Assembly: GCA_903827265.1 (NCBI GenBank) | Contig: CAIKHN010000009.1 | Location: forward strand, 151 to 64,150 | Length of the DNA: 64,000 nucleotides | Source: Candidatus Uhrbacteria bacterium | GTDB lineage: Bacteria > Patescibacteriota > Patescibacteriia > UBA9934 | Direction of reading: 5' to 3' | Part shown: positions 28,046 to 37,654 of the stretch, one piece after another | Numbering within the stretch: the stretch's first letter is position 1 | How the letters are laid out: every line of letters begins with the position of its first letter | Translations under genes and position numbers: made by a program | Notes under the pieces: generated by a model | Told to the model about the DNA's origin: nothing | Database searches by the model: none | What the model saw: the letters and a program-made list of their open reading frames with translations, nothing else

Positions 28046-28428
28046 TACGCTTTCGCCTTAAAATCCAACGACAACGAATTCACGCAATATCGCATTCCCG
28101 TCGGTGCTGGTCCATCGGGGAACACGTGGCCAAGGTGGGCGCGGCAGTTGGCGCAAAGAATTTCTGTTCGTGCCATGCCGAGCTTTCGATCGGGTTCTGT
28201 TGCAACATTTGCGGAGTTTGCGGTATCCCAAAAACTCGGCCAACCGGTTCCGGAATCAAACTTCGTATCCGAACTAAACAATTCGTGTCCACAATTTGCG
28301 CAAACATACATTCCGGCGTCGGTTGTTTTGTAATACTTCCCGCTAAACGGCGGTTCGGTGCCTTTCAGAAAACAGACATTTTCCTGTTCTGGTGTGAGAT
28401 TCGGGTTCCGGATGCGTTCGTGTTCCAT
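28045..28428 (-). CDS. msrB: Peptide-methionine (R)-S-oxide reductase
   Basis: KFDSGTGWPSF, HLGHVFPDGP, RYCVNS. Confidence 0.96.
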   Translation of the reverse strand: MEHERIRNPNLTPEQENVCFLKGTEPPFSGKYYKTTDAGMYVCANCGHELFSSDTKFDSGTGWPSFWDTANSANVATEPDRKLGMARTEILCANCRAHLGHVFPDGPAPTGMRYCVNSLSLDFKAKA

Positions 28429-28450
28429 ACGCGAGAAAGTGTATCAAACA

Positions 28451-28479
28451 TTGACCGCAACTGATGATTCTGCTAGTAT
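28451..28479 (+). promoter_or_regulatory. Sigma70 promoter facing a non-coding region
   Basis: TTGACC-17-TAGTAT with extended -10 TG. Confidence 0.7.
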
Positions 28480-28485
28480 CTTTTC

Positions 28486-29026
28486 GGGACATGTGGGTGG
28501 TGCATACGTATTGACGCCGACAGGACGTCTGCCAACGCGTATGGGGCTGTCGCCCAGGAAATGGTGGTAGAGACCGACAATCGTGCTGCCGCGAAGGGCA
28601 GAGGCTGAAAAGTCTCTGAAAGCGCGCGAGTCTGCCAACCAATCTCCGCTGGGAGCATCTGTTAAAGGCCAGGCCTCTGATGCTCGAAATCCCGGAGGGG
28701 AATCCATCACGAGTGGACATCGTGAAAACTGTCGCGGCTGGAACGCTGCGAAAGTGGAAAGCGCACACGGAGCGCCTGCTCTCTCGGTGTTGTCATGACG
28801 CCGAATAACGAGAGACCACGTTGGGAAATGAGGGGCCCGCTAATGCAGATTGAAAACCTGCGTTAGCGGAGCCCCTCGCCCAATCATCATTCATCTTCAC
28901 GTCGTCAGACCGGACAGTGCTGCATCATCGAACTGCGCGTTTCTTCCCTCTGCGCATTCGATCCGCGAGCCATTCTGCTGACACACTCCGGCGCCCCCCT
29001 ACGTGGTGGGCGTCGGTTTCATTTTT
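28486..29026 (+). ncRNA. Candidate large structured ncRNA 1 (family unassigned)
   Basis: Promoter upstream, terminator 28988-29026, many nested helices with G-U pairs and a GAAA tetraloop; no credible ORF. Confidence 0.6.
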
Positions 29027-29064
29027 ATTGAAAACAAAGGCTTTTTTCATGTATTCCCGCCATT

Positions 29065-29463
29065 TCCTCTTTTGCCTTAGCACTAGCAACGCGGGGCAGA
29101 ATAAAGTGTCGGCTTTAGGGCTTACACAGTGGGAGTGCAAACGGAGCACCATTACCTTCGATCGCCATTCGAGGGTGGACCACTCAGGAGCGGTCGGTCG
29201 TCTGGTGGGGCTCACACCTCGCCAGCGACCGGCCGGAGCCTGAAGTGCCGGCAAGTCTTCGGGAGAAATCCTGGAGTCATCCATAAGCGGAAATGCCGCA
29301 ATGGAGTCTGATAGCGAAAGCCTCAAAAACTTTCGATTCGCTGTCCGAAGGGATGGTGTGAGTAACGGATCAGACGTTGCGCCAACTCCTACGCTCGTAG
29401 CCCCTCAGAAGGTTACCCTCACTGGCCATCAGTCCTCGCGGATTGGTGGCCAGGTTGCTTTTT
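29065..29463 (+). ncRNA. Candidate large structured ncRNA 2 (family unassigned)
   Basis: Closing helices 29117-29136/29385-29405, 19-bp hairpin 29191-29235, GAAA hairpin 29257-29276, terminator-like hairpin 29422-29463; 5' end uncertain. Confidence 0.6.
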
Positions 29464-29490
29464 GCGACGTTTTTCGTTTTCCGGTACCAT
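29462..29490 (+). promoter_or_regulatory. Putative proS promoter
   Basis: TTGCGA-17-TACCAT. Confidence 0.55.
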
Positions 29491-29518
29491 CGGTGCATTC
29501 GCAGGACTAAGTTTTCTT

Positions 29519-30766
29519 ATGCGCTATTCGACAATTTTTTCAAAAACAACAAAATCGGTTTCCGCCGATAGCGAGTCAATCAATGCTCGCCTTCTTGTTC
29601 AGGCGGGATTCGTCGATCAAGAAATGGCTGGCGTGTACACGTGGCTTCCGCTTGGTTTGGCGGTTCTTCGTAATATCGAACAGATCGTTCGCGAGGAAAT
29701 GAATACTCTTGGCGCGAGCGAGATTTTTATGCCATCGCTTCAGCCAAAGGAGTATTGGGACACCACCAACCGTTGGGAAGGCGTGGACGTGTTGTTTAAA
29801 CTCAAGTCGCAAACCGGAAAGGACTACGCACTTGGCTGTACACACGAGGAGGTTGTAACGCCACTCGTCAAGAAGTTCGTACAGTCGTATAAAGACCTTC
29901 CGCTCGTGACGTATCAAATCAACACAAAGTTCCGCGATGAACTACGCGCGAAATCTGGCGTACTTCGTGGCCGCGAGTTCCGCATGAAGGACATGTATAG
30001 CTTTCATACCACGCAAGAAGATCTTTCCGCGTTTTATCAAAAAGCACTCAAGGCATACGTTCGAGCCTACAACCGTTGCGGCCTCCAGGTAAAAGTAGTT
30101 CAGGCAAGCGGCGGCGTGTTTACGCAAAACCTTTCGCACGAATTTCAGGCGCTGACTGATGCCGGTGAAGACGTCCTTATCGCGTGCGATCACTGCGAAT
30201 TCGGTGAGAACTCAGAAATTGCGACGCACAAGGCTGGTGATCCTTGCCCAATGTGCAAATCAACCCTCGTTTCAACGAAAGGAATTGAGGTGGGAAACAT
30301 TTTCGATCTCGGTACAAAGTATTCTGACGCGTTCGAACTCGACTTTACGAATGAAGAAGGTAGGCGCCAACGTGTACTGATGGGCTGCTACGGCATTGGT
30401 ACCAGCCGTTTGGTTGGCGCGATCGTTGAGGCATCACATGACGATAAGGGAATGATTTGGCCAAAGAGCATTGCGCCGGCTCTTGTACACCTTGTCCGCA
30501 TCGGTGAAGACGCGGAATCGGTTGCAGCGGCAGACGCGCTGTACGACGAGCTCCGCGGCGCAGGATTTTCCGTGTTCTATGACGACCGCGATGCATCGGC
30601 CGGCTCAAAATTTGCAGATGCCGATTTGATGGGACTGCCGATTCGTCTCACCGTCAGCAAGCGCATGCTCGCCGAGAACGTTGTCGAGTGGAAAGAGCGC
30701 ACGTCAGATGAGCTCAAAAAGATTCCTCGATCAGAAGTACTTGCAACGGTCCGATCAAATGCCTAA
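29519..30766 (+). CDS. proS: Proline--tRNA ligase (short form without editing insertion)
   Basis: THEE, KFRDELR, REFRMKDMYSFH, GIEVGNIFDLG, MGCYGIG. Confidence 0.95.
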   Translation: MRYSTIFSKTTKSVSADSESINARLLVQAGFVDQEMAGVYTWLPLGLAVLRNIEQIVREEMNTLGASEIFMPSLQPKEYWDTTNRWEGVDVLFKLKSQTGKDYALGCTHEEVVTPLVKKFVQSYKDLPLVTYQINTKFRDELRAKSGVLRGREFRMKDMYSFHTTQEDLSAFYQKALKAYVRAYNRCGLQVKVVQASGGVFTQNLSHEFQALTDAGEDVLIACDHCEFGENSEIATHKAGDPCPMCKSTLVSTKGIEVGNIFDLGTKYSDAFELDFTNEEGRRQRVLMGCYGIGTSRLVGAIVEASHDDKGMIWPKSIAPALVHLVRIGEDAESVAAADALYDELRGAGFSVFYDDRDASAGSKFADADLMGLPIRLTVSKRMLAENVVEWKERTSDELKKIPRSEVLATVRSNA

Positions 30767-30770
30767 ACCA

Positions 30771-30805
30771 ACAAAAACCCTCCGATTGCTCGGAGGGTTT
30801 TTTGT
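30771..30805. terminator. Bidirectional terminator
   Basis: aaaaaccctccga-ttgc-tcggagggttttt. Confidence 0.8.
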
Positions 30806-30808
30806 AGC

Positions 30809-30955
30809 TTACTTTGCGGACTTTGCTGCGGCCTTAGCCTCCAGCTTTCGCATGCGGATGGCCTTGGACTTGCGGTGGGTGGCAAAAGCTTTCTCGCGCT
30901 TAATGGCGAAAAGGGCGTTTTGGGACTTTCGTGAGAGGTGATGGCGTGATGGCAT
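30809..30955 (-). CDS. Small very basic protein (48 aa)
   Basis: MPSRHHLSRKSQNALFAIKREKAFATHRKSKAIRMRKLEAKAAAKSAK; ends at a terminator. Confidence 0.6.
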   Translation of the reverse strand: MPSRHHLSRKSQNALFAIKREKAFATHRKSKAIRMRKLEAKAAAKSAK

Positions 30956-31030
30956 AGTCGAAACGTGAATCAATGATGGTGTAAAGTATGCCTTATCTTC
31001 CAATAATCGTCAAACAAATCGCCCACAAAT

Positions 31031-31321
31031 ATGCATGAGATTAGCCAAAAACTGTATAAAGCGGTGGTTCTGGTGTGTGAAAATCGACGGGATGATGGCA
31101 GGAAGTCCTGTGGGGTTACCGAGCCAGGATTAAGGATAGCGATCAAAGAAGCGATGAAATCCGCCGGTTTGTCAGTTCGAGTCCTCTCAACTTCGTGTAT
31201 GGACCACTGCAAGGACGGACCAACCGTCTCCTTCATGCCAATGGACGTGATGTTTGGGGATGTTCATATTGACGATGTACCTGAGCTTGTGACTAAGATG
31301 AATGTGTATTTGAGTTCTTAA
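31031..31321 (+). CDS. Thioredoxin-like [2Fe-2S] ferredoxin domain protein
   Basis: VLVCENRR...SC...TSCMDHCKDGP. Confidence 0.8.
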   Translation: MHEISQKLYKAVVLVCENRRDDGRKSCGVTEPGLRIAIKEAMKSAGLSVRVLSTSCMDHCKDGPTVSFMPMDVMFGDVHIDDVPELVTKMNVYLSS

Positions 31322-31331
31322 TCGGAGGATT

Positions 31332-32837
31332 ATGAATGCTATGAACATCCTTGGAGAAAAGATGGATCTGTTTGCTGCGAAAGCCGAGGTGCTCGTGCTT
31401 CCCGTGTTTAGTGGGGAAGGATTCTCCGCAGAGTCGATTGTGGCACGAATGCCGGAGTCTGTTCGAAAGAGCGTCACGCGATCAATGAAGACGGCGGAAT
31501 TTTCTGGGAAAGCGGGCGAGGTTATTTCTGTTGACGTTCATGACGCGGCGCATCATCACATTCTCCTCATTGGTCTTGGATCGATGAAGGATGCAACCCT
31601 CGAATCTGCTCGTGAAATGATTGGGACGGCAATCGCATGTACTCGTCGATTCGGCGCAAAGACATTAGCGGTGGAGATTCCTGTTTCAGAAGAAGGTGAC
31701 GTTTCCGATGTTGCAGAAGCGATGGTGGTTGCGGCGCAGCTTGCAGACTACGCGTTTGATAATTACAAGGAGAAGAACGGTGCAAAGCGCATGAAAGAGT
31801 TGACGCTGGTGATTCATGACGGCCGCGATGTACTTCGTGTACGAAAAGCTGTGGAACGCGGTTGCGCGATTGGTGGGGGAGTCGCGGTGGCGCGTGATCT
31901 CGTCAACATGCCGGCGCAGGTGATGACGCCTTCTGCACTCGCTGAGGCTGCAGAGCGCATTGTGAAGGAAGGAGGAAAGAACTTCTCTCTGAAGGTGCTC
32001 GAGCGTGAGGAGTGCGAAGCGTTGGGGATGGGATCGTACTTAGCTGTTGGTCTTGGATCTGATCAGCCAGTGAAGTTCTTGCACCTCATTTACACGCCAG
32101 AGCGATCGAGTCGAAAGCGACTTGCGGTGATTGGAAAAGGTGTGACGTTCGATTCCGGCGGATTATCGCTGAAGCCTGGTGACAGCATGATGACCATGAA
32201 ATGCGACATGGCGGGCGCTGCGGCAGTGCTTGGTTTCTTTACCGTACTTGGTCAGCTTCAGCCACGATGCGAAGTGCACGGCATCGTTGCTGCGGTTGAA
32301 AACATGCCTTCCGGTAAAGCGATTCGCCCAGGCGATGTGGTAAAGGCAAGTAACGGAAAGACGATCGAAATTCTGAATACCGATGCCGAAGGTCGTCTGA
32401 CGCTCGCTGATGCTCTCACGTACGCAAAGAAGCTCGAACCAACCGCGATGGTGGATCTTGCGACATTAACCGGTGCGTGTGTCGTTGCGCTTGGTGAAGA
32501 AATTACTGGACTCATGAGTAATAACGATGAACTCGCGCAGTCGGTTCTCGATTCTGCGGAAGATGCGGGGGAGAAGATGTGGCGCATGCCGCTCGAAAAG
32601 CGTTACAAATCGCTGATTGAATCCGACATTGCGGACTTGCGAAATATCCCAACGTCGCGCTACGGCGGATCACTAACTGCTGGGTTGTTCCTTGAGGAAT
32701 TCGTTGATGGACTGCCATGGGTGCATTTGGACATTGCCGGACCAGCGTTCGCCGAAAAGCCGATGGGAAGTTATCTTGGTAAAGGTGGAACTGGTCATGG
32801 TGTTCGAACATTGGTGGAATTGGTTGAGCGAATGTAG
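31332..32837 (+). CDS. pepA: Leucyl aminopeptidase (M17)
   Basis: GKGVTFDSGG, MKCDMAG, NTDAEGRL, HLDIAG. Confidence 0.95.
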   Translation: MNAMNILGEKMDLFAAKAEVLVLPVFSGEGFSAESIVARMPESVRKSVTRSMKTAEFSGKAGEVISVDVHDAAHHHILLIGLGSMKDATLESAREMIGTAIACTRRFGAKTLAVEIPVSEEGDVSDVAEAMVVAAQLADYAFDNYKEKNGAKRMKELTLVIHDGRDVLRVRKAVERGCAIGGGVAVARDLVNMPAQVMTPSALAEAAERIVKEGGKNFSLKVLEREECEALGMGSYLAVGLGSDQPVKFLHLIYTPERSSRKRLAVIGKGVTFDSGGLSLKPGDSMMTMKCDMAGAAAVLGFFTVLGQLQPRCEVHGIVAAVENMPSGKAIRPGDVVKASNGKTIEILNTDAEGRLTLADALTYAKKLEPTAMVDLATLTGACVVALGEEITGLMSNNDELAQSVLDSAEDAGEKMWRMPLEKRYKSLIESDIADLRNIPTSRYGGSLTAGLFLEEFVDGLPWVHLDIAGPAFAEKPMGSYLGKGGTGHGVRTLVELVERM

Positions 32838-32903
32838 GAAGGCAATGCACACCTGGCCACCTGGCTGGGTGTGTTTTTGTTATACTGCACCCAACACAGA
32901 CGT

Positions 32904-33203
32904 ATGGCGAACCAAACACTTGAGGAGTATGTTGACGATTTGCTTGATGAGCGTGGACTATCCCTCGTCGACGAAGCGGTGCTTGTCGAACTGCGGGCCG
33001 ATCTTCTGTCGCGTATTCAAGAGCGTTTACATGCAGAAATGGTTGCGCTGCTGAACGACGACGCCCGCGAAGAGCTTGAGGATCTGCTCGACATCGGCAC
33101 GGCGCCACACGCTATTCGTGACTGGCTCGCCCAACACGTATCGAATTTTAGCGACGTATATGTGCAAACACTCGCTGATTTTCGGACATCGTATTTGAAA
33201 TAA
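32904..33203 (+). CDS. Small acidic helical protein (DUF5663-like)
   Basis: Acidic 99-aa protein resembling CPR DUF5663. Confidence 0.65.
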   Translation: MANQTLEEYVDDLLDERGLSLVDEAVLVELRADLLSRIQERLHAEMVALLNDDAREELEDLLDIGTAPHAIRDWLAQHVSNFSDVYVQTLADFRTSYLK

Positions 33204-33206
33204 CTT

Positions 33207-33743
33207 ATGGTCTTTTTTGCCAATCGCGAACAGACGTTTTCTCATGGCAACGATGTTTCGGGGGAGACTTCGTTTTCGCGACTCGAACAGTATGCGAAAT
33301 CGCGTCGTGGTGCCGACACTGACGACGCTGCACGCGCTGCTCAAGCGATGTATAAACGTCGACACAATGAAATGCTGCATCTCGTCGGTGAGGATTGGCG
33401 TATTGCCGGAACGGTTCCGGGTGACGACGGGCATTCGGTGATTCTCGAGTCAGGGGCAACGTATAAGACGCTGCCAGCTCTTGATGTTATGCGTATGGAA
33501 TCTGCGGCATCGGCGCTTTCCGGCGGTGAACATTTGCCGAATGATCCTGAGGTTGTTTCGCTTGGCGTAAAGCGCAAACACCGCGTGCCACTGGATGGGC
33601 ACGCGGTGTCGCGAAGTGTTGAGCGGATTGATCGTGGATACGATCGTCGGATTGAAGGGCTGATGGACGGCGAGTCGACTGAACGCGGAAGATTTCGTGT
33701 CGAGCATTTGCTCGCAAAACTCAATGCGCTGCGGATTTTTTAG
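33207..33743 (+). CDS. Hypothetical protein
   Basis: 178-aa ORF starting 3 nt after the previous stop. Confidence 0.6.
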   Translation: MVFFANREQTFSHGNDVSGETSFSRLEQYAKSRRGADTDDAARAAQAMYKRRHNEMLHLVGEDWRIAGTVPGDDGHSVILESGATYKTLPALDVMRMESAASALSGGEHLPNDPEVVSLGVKRKHRVPLDGHAVSRSVERIDRGYDRRIEGLMDGESTERGRFRVEHLLAKLNALRIF

Positions 33744-33745
33744 TG

Positions 33746-34270
33746 TTAGGCTTTTCCGAGTGTCTTTTCGCCTGGTTCCCATTCAACAGGGCAGAGCTCG
33801 CCAGATTGCAATGCAGTAAGCACGCGAATAACTTCTTTCACTGAACGACCGACTGATCCTGCAGAAACGAGCGCGAATTTCACTACTCCTTCCGGATCAA
33901 TAATAAAGAGGCCACGATCAGATGATCCGTCGTCTTCATTCAACACGCCGTAGTTGCGTGAAACGTTTTGTGTGGTGTCGGCAAGAATAGGGTAGGCAAC
34001 TTCAGGAAGATCGCGTTCAAACCATGCTTTGTGGCTCCATTCGCTGTCGGTGGAAGCGCCGATGACTTTTGCGTTGAGCGCAGCAAAGTCTGCCTCATGT
34101 TTTTGGAATCCTTTAATTTCGGTAGGACAGATGAATGTGAAGTCGCGAGGATAAAAGAACAGCACCACCCATCCGCCTTTATATGAACTCAAACTGGTTT
34201 TGGTGAACTCGCCCTTGGTGTACGACGTGATGTTTTCAAAGCTTGGTGCCGGTTTGTTGATGGCGATCAT
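33746..34270 (-). CDS. ahpC: 2-Cys peroxiredoxin
   Basis: FYPRDFTFICPTE, GELCPVEW. Confidence 0.93.
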   Translation of the reverse strand: MIAINKPAPSFENITSYTKGEFTKTSLSSYKGGWVVLFFYPRDFTFICPTEIKGFQKHEADFAALNAKVIGASTDSEWSHKAWFERDLPEVAYPILADTTQNVSRNYGVLNEDDGSSDRGLFIIDPEGVVKFALVSAGSVGRSVKEVIRVLTALQSGELCPVEWEPGEKTLGKA

Positions 34271-34384
34271 AGTTTTACGACACTTGAAGGAAATTTTTTA
34301 GTGTTTCGTTTCCTGAACCAGAGGCAAAGATACCGTGATTCGCTTTTACAATCAACCGGTTATCCGCTACACTTCACGCCATCT

Positions 34385-35563
34385 ATGACTCAAGGACAAA
34401 AGCAAAATCTTGCACTGTTTGTGGGCGCGATTGTGGTGATTGGCGGTTTCACATGGGGGTACAACGCGTACCAATCATATAAAGCGAATGCGTCAGCATG
34501 GCCAATGCTCGACGGTGGTGTGTACGCATCAGCAGTGACTCGCGACGGTGTTACGTCCCTCATTCCAGGGGATCAGCTCTACGACAGCGGGGTGGTGGAG
34601 GGTGGCATTCCTGCGCTCACGAACCCAAAATACGATTCTGTTCTCGCGTCCGACGCCGTGATTGCCGACGATCTTCTTGGTATCGATCTTGATCTCGGGG
34701 GAACGCGCCGGTTCTATCCAGTGCAAATCATGAACTGGCACGAAGTCGTGAACGATACAATTGATGGCAAGAATATTGCCATCACATACTGCCCACTTTG
34801 TGGAACAGGTGTTGTGTACGATCGCGATATCGACTTGAGTTTTGATAATTTTCCTTCCGTCGGAACACATACATTTGAAGCGACCGGAAAGGTATACAAC
34901 AACAACACCGTTCTCAAGGATGCCGAAACAGGATCATTGTGGCTGCAGGCCACAGGGCAGTCGATTCAGGGTGCGGCGATCGGACGAACGCTTTCCGTTA
35001 TTCCTTCGCAAATGATGAAGTGGAGCACGTGGAAAGATTTATATCCATCCGGCTTGGTGCTTTCGACGAACACCGGCGTAACGCGCGACTACACTCGTCA
35101 TCCGTACGGAAACTACGACACGAGCAAAGGATTGTATTTCCCAATCAACCACACGAGCGCTGACTTCACGTCGAAATGGGTGACGTACGGTATGGGAAGC
35201 GATGTTGATGGTGCAGCATTCGCGGTGCCTGCATTGAGCGGCTTAGGAATGATGATGGCTGCAGTTGGCGGGGAAGCTGTTATGGCGGTTTATGACTTTG
35301 ATACTGATACTGTTCGAGTATTCTCTCCAACGGATGTTCAAAATAATGCGATGACGTTCACGTACGATTTTGCGAAGAAGCGCCTGACGGATACCGCGAC
35401 GAATAGTGTGTGGAATGCACAGGGCTTGGCGATTTCTGGAAGTATGAAGGGCTCACAACTTCAAGAAATTCCAACAACTCGGAGTTTCTGGTTCTGTATG
35501 GCAGCGATGCATCCAACATGGAGAGCGATAACAACGAACGTGAATACTGAATCAGGAGAATAG
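34385..35563 (+). CDS. DUF3179 domain membrane-anchored protein
   Basis: GIPALTNP, WHEVVND, TYCPLCGTG, TGSLWLQATG. Confidence 0.87.
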   Translation: MTQGQKQNLALFVGAIVVIGGFTWGYNAYQSYKANASAWPMLDGGVYASAVTRDGVTSLIPGDQLYDSGVVEGGIPALTNPKYDSVLASDAVIADDLLGIDLDLGGTRRFYPVQIMNWHEVVNDTIDGKNIAITYCPLCGTGVVYDRDIDLSFDNFPSVGTHTFEATGKVYNNNTVLKDAETGSLWLQATGQSIQGAAIGRTLSVIPSQMMKWSTWKDLYPSGLVLSTNTGVTRDYTRHPYGNYDTSKGLYFPINHTSADFTSKWVTYGMGSDVDGAAFAVPALSGLGMMMAAVGGEAVMAVYDFDTDTVRVFSPTDVQNNAMTFTYDFAKKRLTDTATNSVWNAQGLAISGSMKGSQLQEIPTTRSFWFCMAAMHPTWRAITTNVNTESGE

Positions 35564-35565
35564 GT

Positions 35566-36216
35566 ATGCTCTACGTCGTCGCAACACCAATCGGGAATCT
35601 CGGCGATGTCACCGAACGAGCAAAGGAGGTTTTTGCGAGTGTTGACATTGTGCTCTGCGAAGACACGCGGGTGACAAGCAAGCTCATGTCGCATCTGCAA
35701 GTACGGCCGACGTTGATGGCGTTTCATGAGCATACGGATCAGCTCGCACGAAAAAAGATTGTCGATCAGTTAGTTTCCGGAATCGACATGGCCATTGTGA
35801 CGGATGCCGGCACGCCATGTATTTCTGATCCTGGCGGTTTTCTTGTGGCTGACGCGGTTGCAGCCGGAGTAAAGGTTTCTCCGATTCCTGGAGCAAGTGC
35901 GGCAATTGCAGCATTGTCGATTGCGGGCATCGCGCTCGATCGTTTCACGTTCGTCGGATTTCCGCCAAACAAAAAAGGACGCGAGAAGTTCTTCCGCGAG
36001 ATTGGCGAAATCAATCATGCCGTCGTGATGTACGAATCGACGCACCGCATCGAGAAAACACTCGAGGCGATGAAGGGACTGAATCGCAAATTGATTGTTT
36101 GTCGAGAACTGACAAAGATTCATGAGACAATATATCGCGGTACCGCAGAATCGATTCTCGCTGATCTTGAAAAAACGAGCACAAGAGGAGAATTTGTCAT
36201 TGTTGTTGATCGATAA
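35566..36216 (+). CDS. rsmI: 16S rRNA C1402 2'-O-methyltransferase
   Basis: LYVVATPIGNL, EDTR, DAGTPCISDPG, RELTKIHE. Confidence 0.96.
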   Translation: MLYVVATPIGNLGDVTERAKEVFASVDIVLCEDTRVTSKLMSHLQVRPTLMAFHEHTDQLARKKIVDQLVSGIDMAIVTDAGTPCISDPGGFLVADAVAAGVKVSPIPGASAAIAALSIAGIALDRFTFVGFPPNKKGREKFFREIGEINHAVVMYESTHRIEKTLEAMKGLNRKLIVCRELTKIHETIYRGTAESILADLEKTSTRGEFVIVVDR

Positions 36217-36222
36217 TTTTCT

Positions 36223-37653
36223 ATGAAGACATACTCGATTACCACCACGCTGCCATACGTGAACGCTGATCCACACATTGGATTTGCGCTCGAGATTGTG
36301 CAGGCCGACATGTTGGCGCGATACCATCGTTCGAAGGGCGATGACGTTGTGTTTAACACGGGAACTGATGAGCACGGCCAGAAGATTTATCAGAAGGCGA
36401 TTGAGGCCGGGCTTGATCCGAAGACGTATTGTGATGAATACGCTGCGAAGTTCGATGGTTTGAAGTCAGCATTGAATTTGAGCTACACGCATTTTGTTCG
36501 CACTACCGACGAACATCACATTGCGGCAGCACAAGAATTCTGGAAGCGATGTGATGCAAACGGCGACATTTATAAGAAACAGTATTCGATTAAGTATTGC
36601 GTTGGCTGCGAACTCGAGAAGACTGATTCCGAGCTTGTGGAAGGCCGTTGCCCAATTCATCCGAATCGCGATCTTGATCTTATTGAGGAAGAGAACTATT
36701 TCTTCGCATTCTCGAAGTATCAGCAGAAACTTCTTGATCTCTATCGTGAGCGTCCAGATTTTGTGATGCCACAAGCACGCATGAACGAGATTCGAACGTT
36801 TGTTGAAGGAGGTTTGAATGATTTCAGTATCTCGCGCTTGAAATCGAAAATGCCGTGGGGTGTTTCTGTTCCCGGCGATGACGATCAAGTGATGTACGTG
36901 TGGTTCGATGCGTTGGTAAATTATATTTCAACACTCGGTTGGCCAACGGAAGGATCATTGTTTGATTCGGCCTGGCCAAGCGTGCAGGTGGCGGGGAAGG
37001 ACAACCTTCGCCAGCAAACCGCAATGTGGCAGGCGATGTTGATGTCGGTCGGAATTGAACCGTCAAAGCAAGTGTTCATTCACGGCTACGTGACGGCTGA
37101 CGGTCAGAAGATGAGTAAGTCCATCGGGAACGTGATCAACCCGTATGATCTCGTGAATGAATACGGAACCGATGCAACACGTCTCTACTTGCTTGGCGGC
37201 ATGCCATCGTGGCAAGACGGAGATTATTCCAAGGAGCAATTCGAAATCCTTTTCGCGACGAAACTCGCGAACGGGCTCGGTAACCTCGTCAGCCGTGTTG
37301 CAGCAATGTGCGCAAAGAGTTTTCCGGAAGGGATTGATCGGGTTGTATATGAAGGAAATACTGCAGCGCTCGCAGAAGCTATTAGCGAATATGATTTCCG
37401 AAAGTATGTGGACCTCGTTTGGGATGTTGTTGATAAGGCGAACGTAAAGATTGGAACCGAAGAACCGTTTAAACTTGTGAAAGTCGATGTTGCGGCTGCG
37501 AAGAAGTCGTTGTCAGAACTCGCGGGAATGATTCGATGGATTGGTGTTGCTCTTGAGCCAGTTATTCCTACAACGGCCGCGGAAATTCTGCGACGATACG
37601 AAAGTGATATTCTTGTTGCTGGGGAACCGTTGTTCCCACGAAGAGATCGCTAA
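36223..37653 (+). CDS. metG: Methionine--tRNA ligase
   Basis: PYVNADPHIG, YVWFDAL, KMSKS. Confidence 0.96.
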   Translation: MKTYSITTTLPYVNADPHIGFALEIVQADMLARYHRSKGDDVVFNTGTDEHGQKIYQKAIEAGLDPKTYCDEYAAKFDGLKSALNLSYTHFVRTTDEHHIAAAQEFWKRCDANGDIYKKQYSIKYCVGCELEKTDSELVEGRCPIHPNRDLDLIEEENYFFAFSKYQQKLLDLYRERPDFVMPQARMNEIRTFVEGGLNDFSISRLKSKMPWGVSVPGDDDQVMYVWFDALVNYISTLGWPTEGSLFDSAWPSVQVAGKDNLRQQTAMWQAMLMSVGIEPSKQVFIHGYVTADGQKMSKSIGNVINPYDLVNEYGTDATRLYLLGGMPSWQDGDYSKEQFEILFATKLANGLGNLVSRVAAMCAKSFPEGIDRVVYEGNTAALAEAISEYDFRKYVDLVWDVVDKANVKIGTEEPFKLVKVDVAAAKKSLSELAGMIRWIGVALEPVIPTTAAEILRRYESDILVAGEPLFPRRDR

Positions 37654-37654
37654 T

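Noticed and set aside
29065-29463. T-box riboswitch for proS
   Set aside because: No UGGNACC bulge next to the terminator (agggtggacc at ~29172 is imperfect and ~250 nt away), and proS has a separate promoter-like sequence.
28486-29463. Assignment to RNase P RNA, tmRNA, or a group I/II intron
   Set aside because: I could not find GAGGAAAGUCC, a T-arm plus CCA end, P7 elements or domain V by eye. A divergent member cannot be excluded without a covariance-model search.
28343-29510. Short overlapping ORFs in the msrB-proS gap
   Set aside because: No recognisable motifs, mostly non-ATG starts, and mutually overlapping; RNA structure explains the region better.
34385-35563. Selenoprotein or recoding in DUF3179
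   Set aside because: The CPLC motif uses ordinary Cys codons and there is no in-frame TGA.
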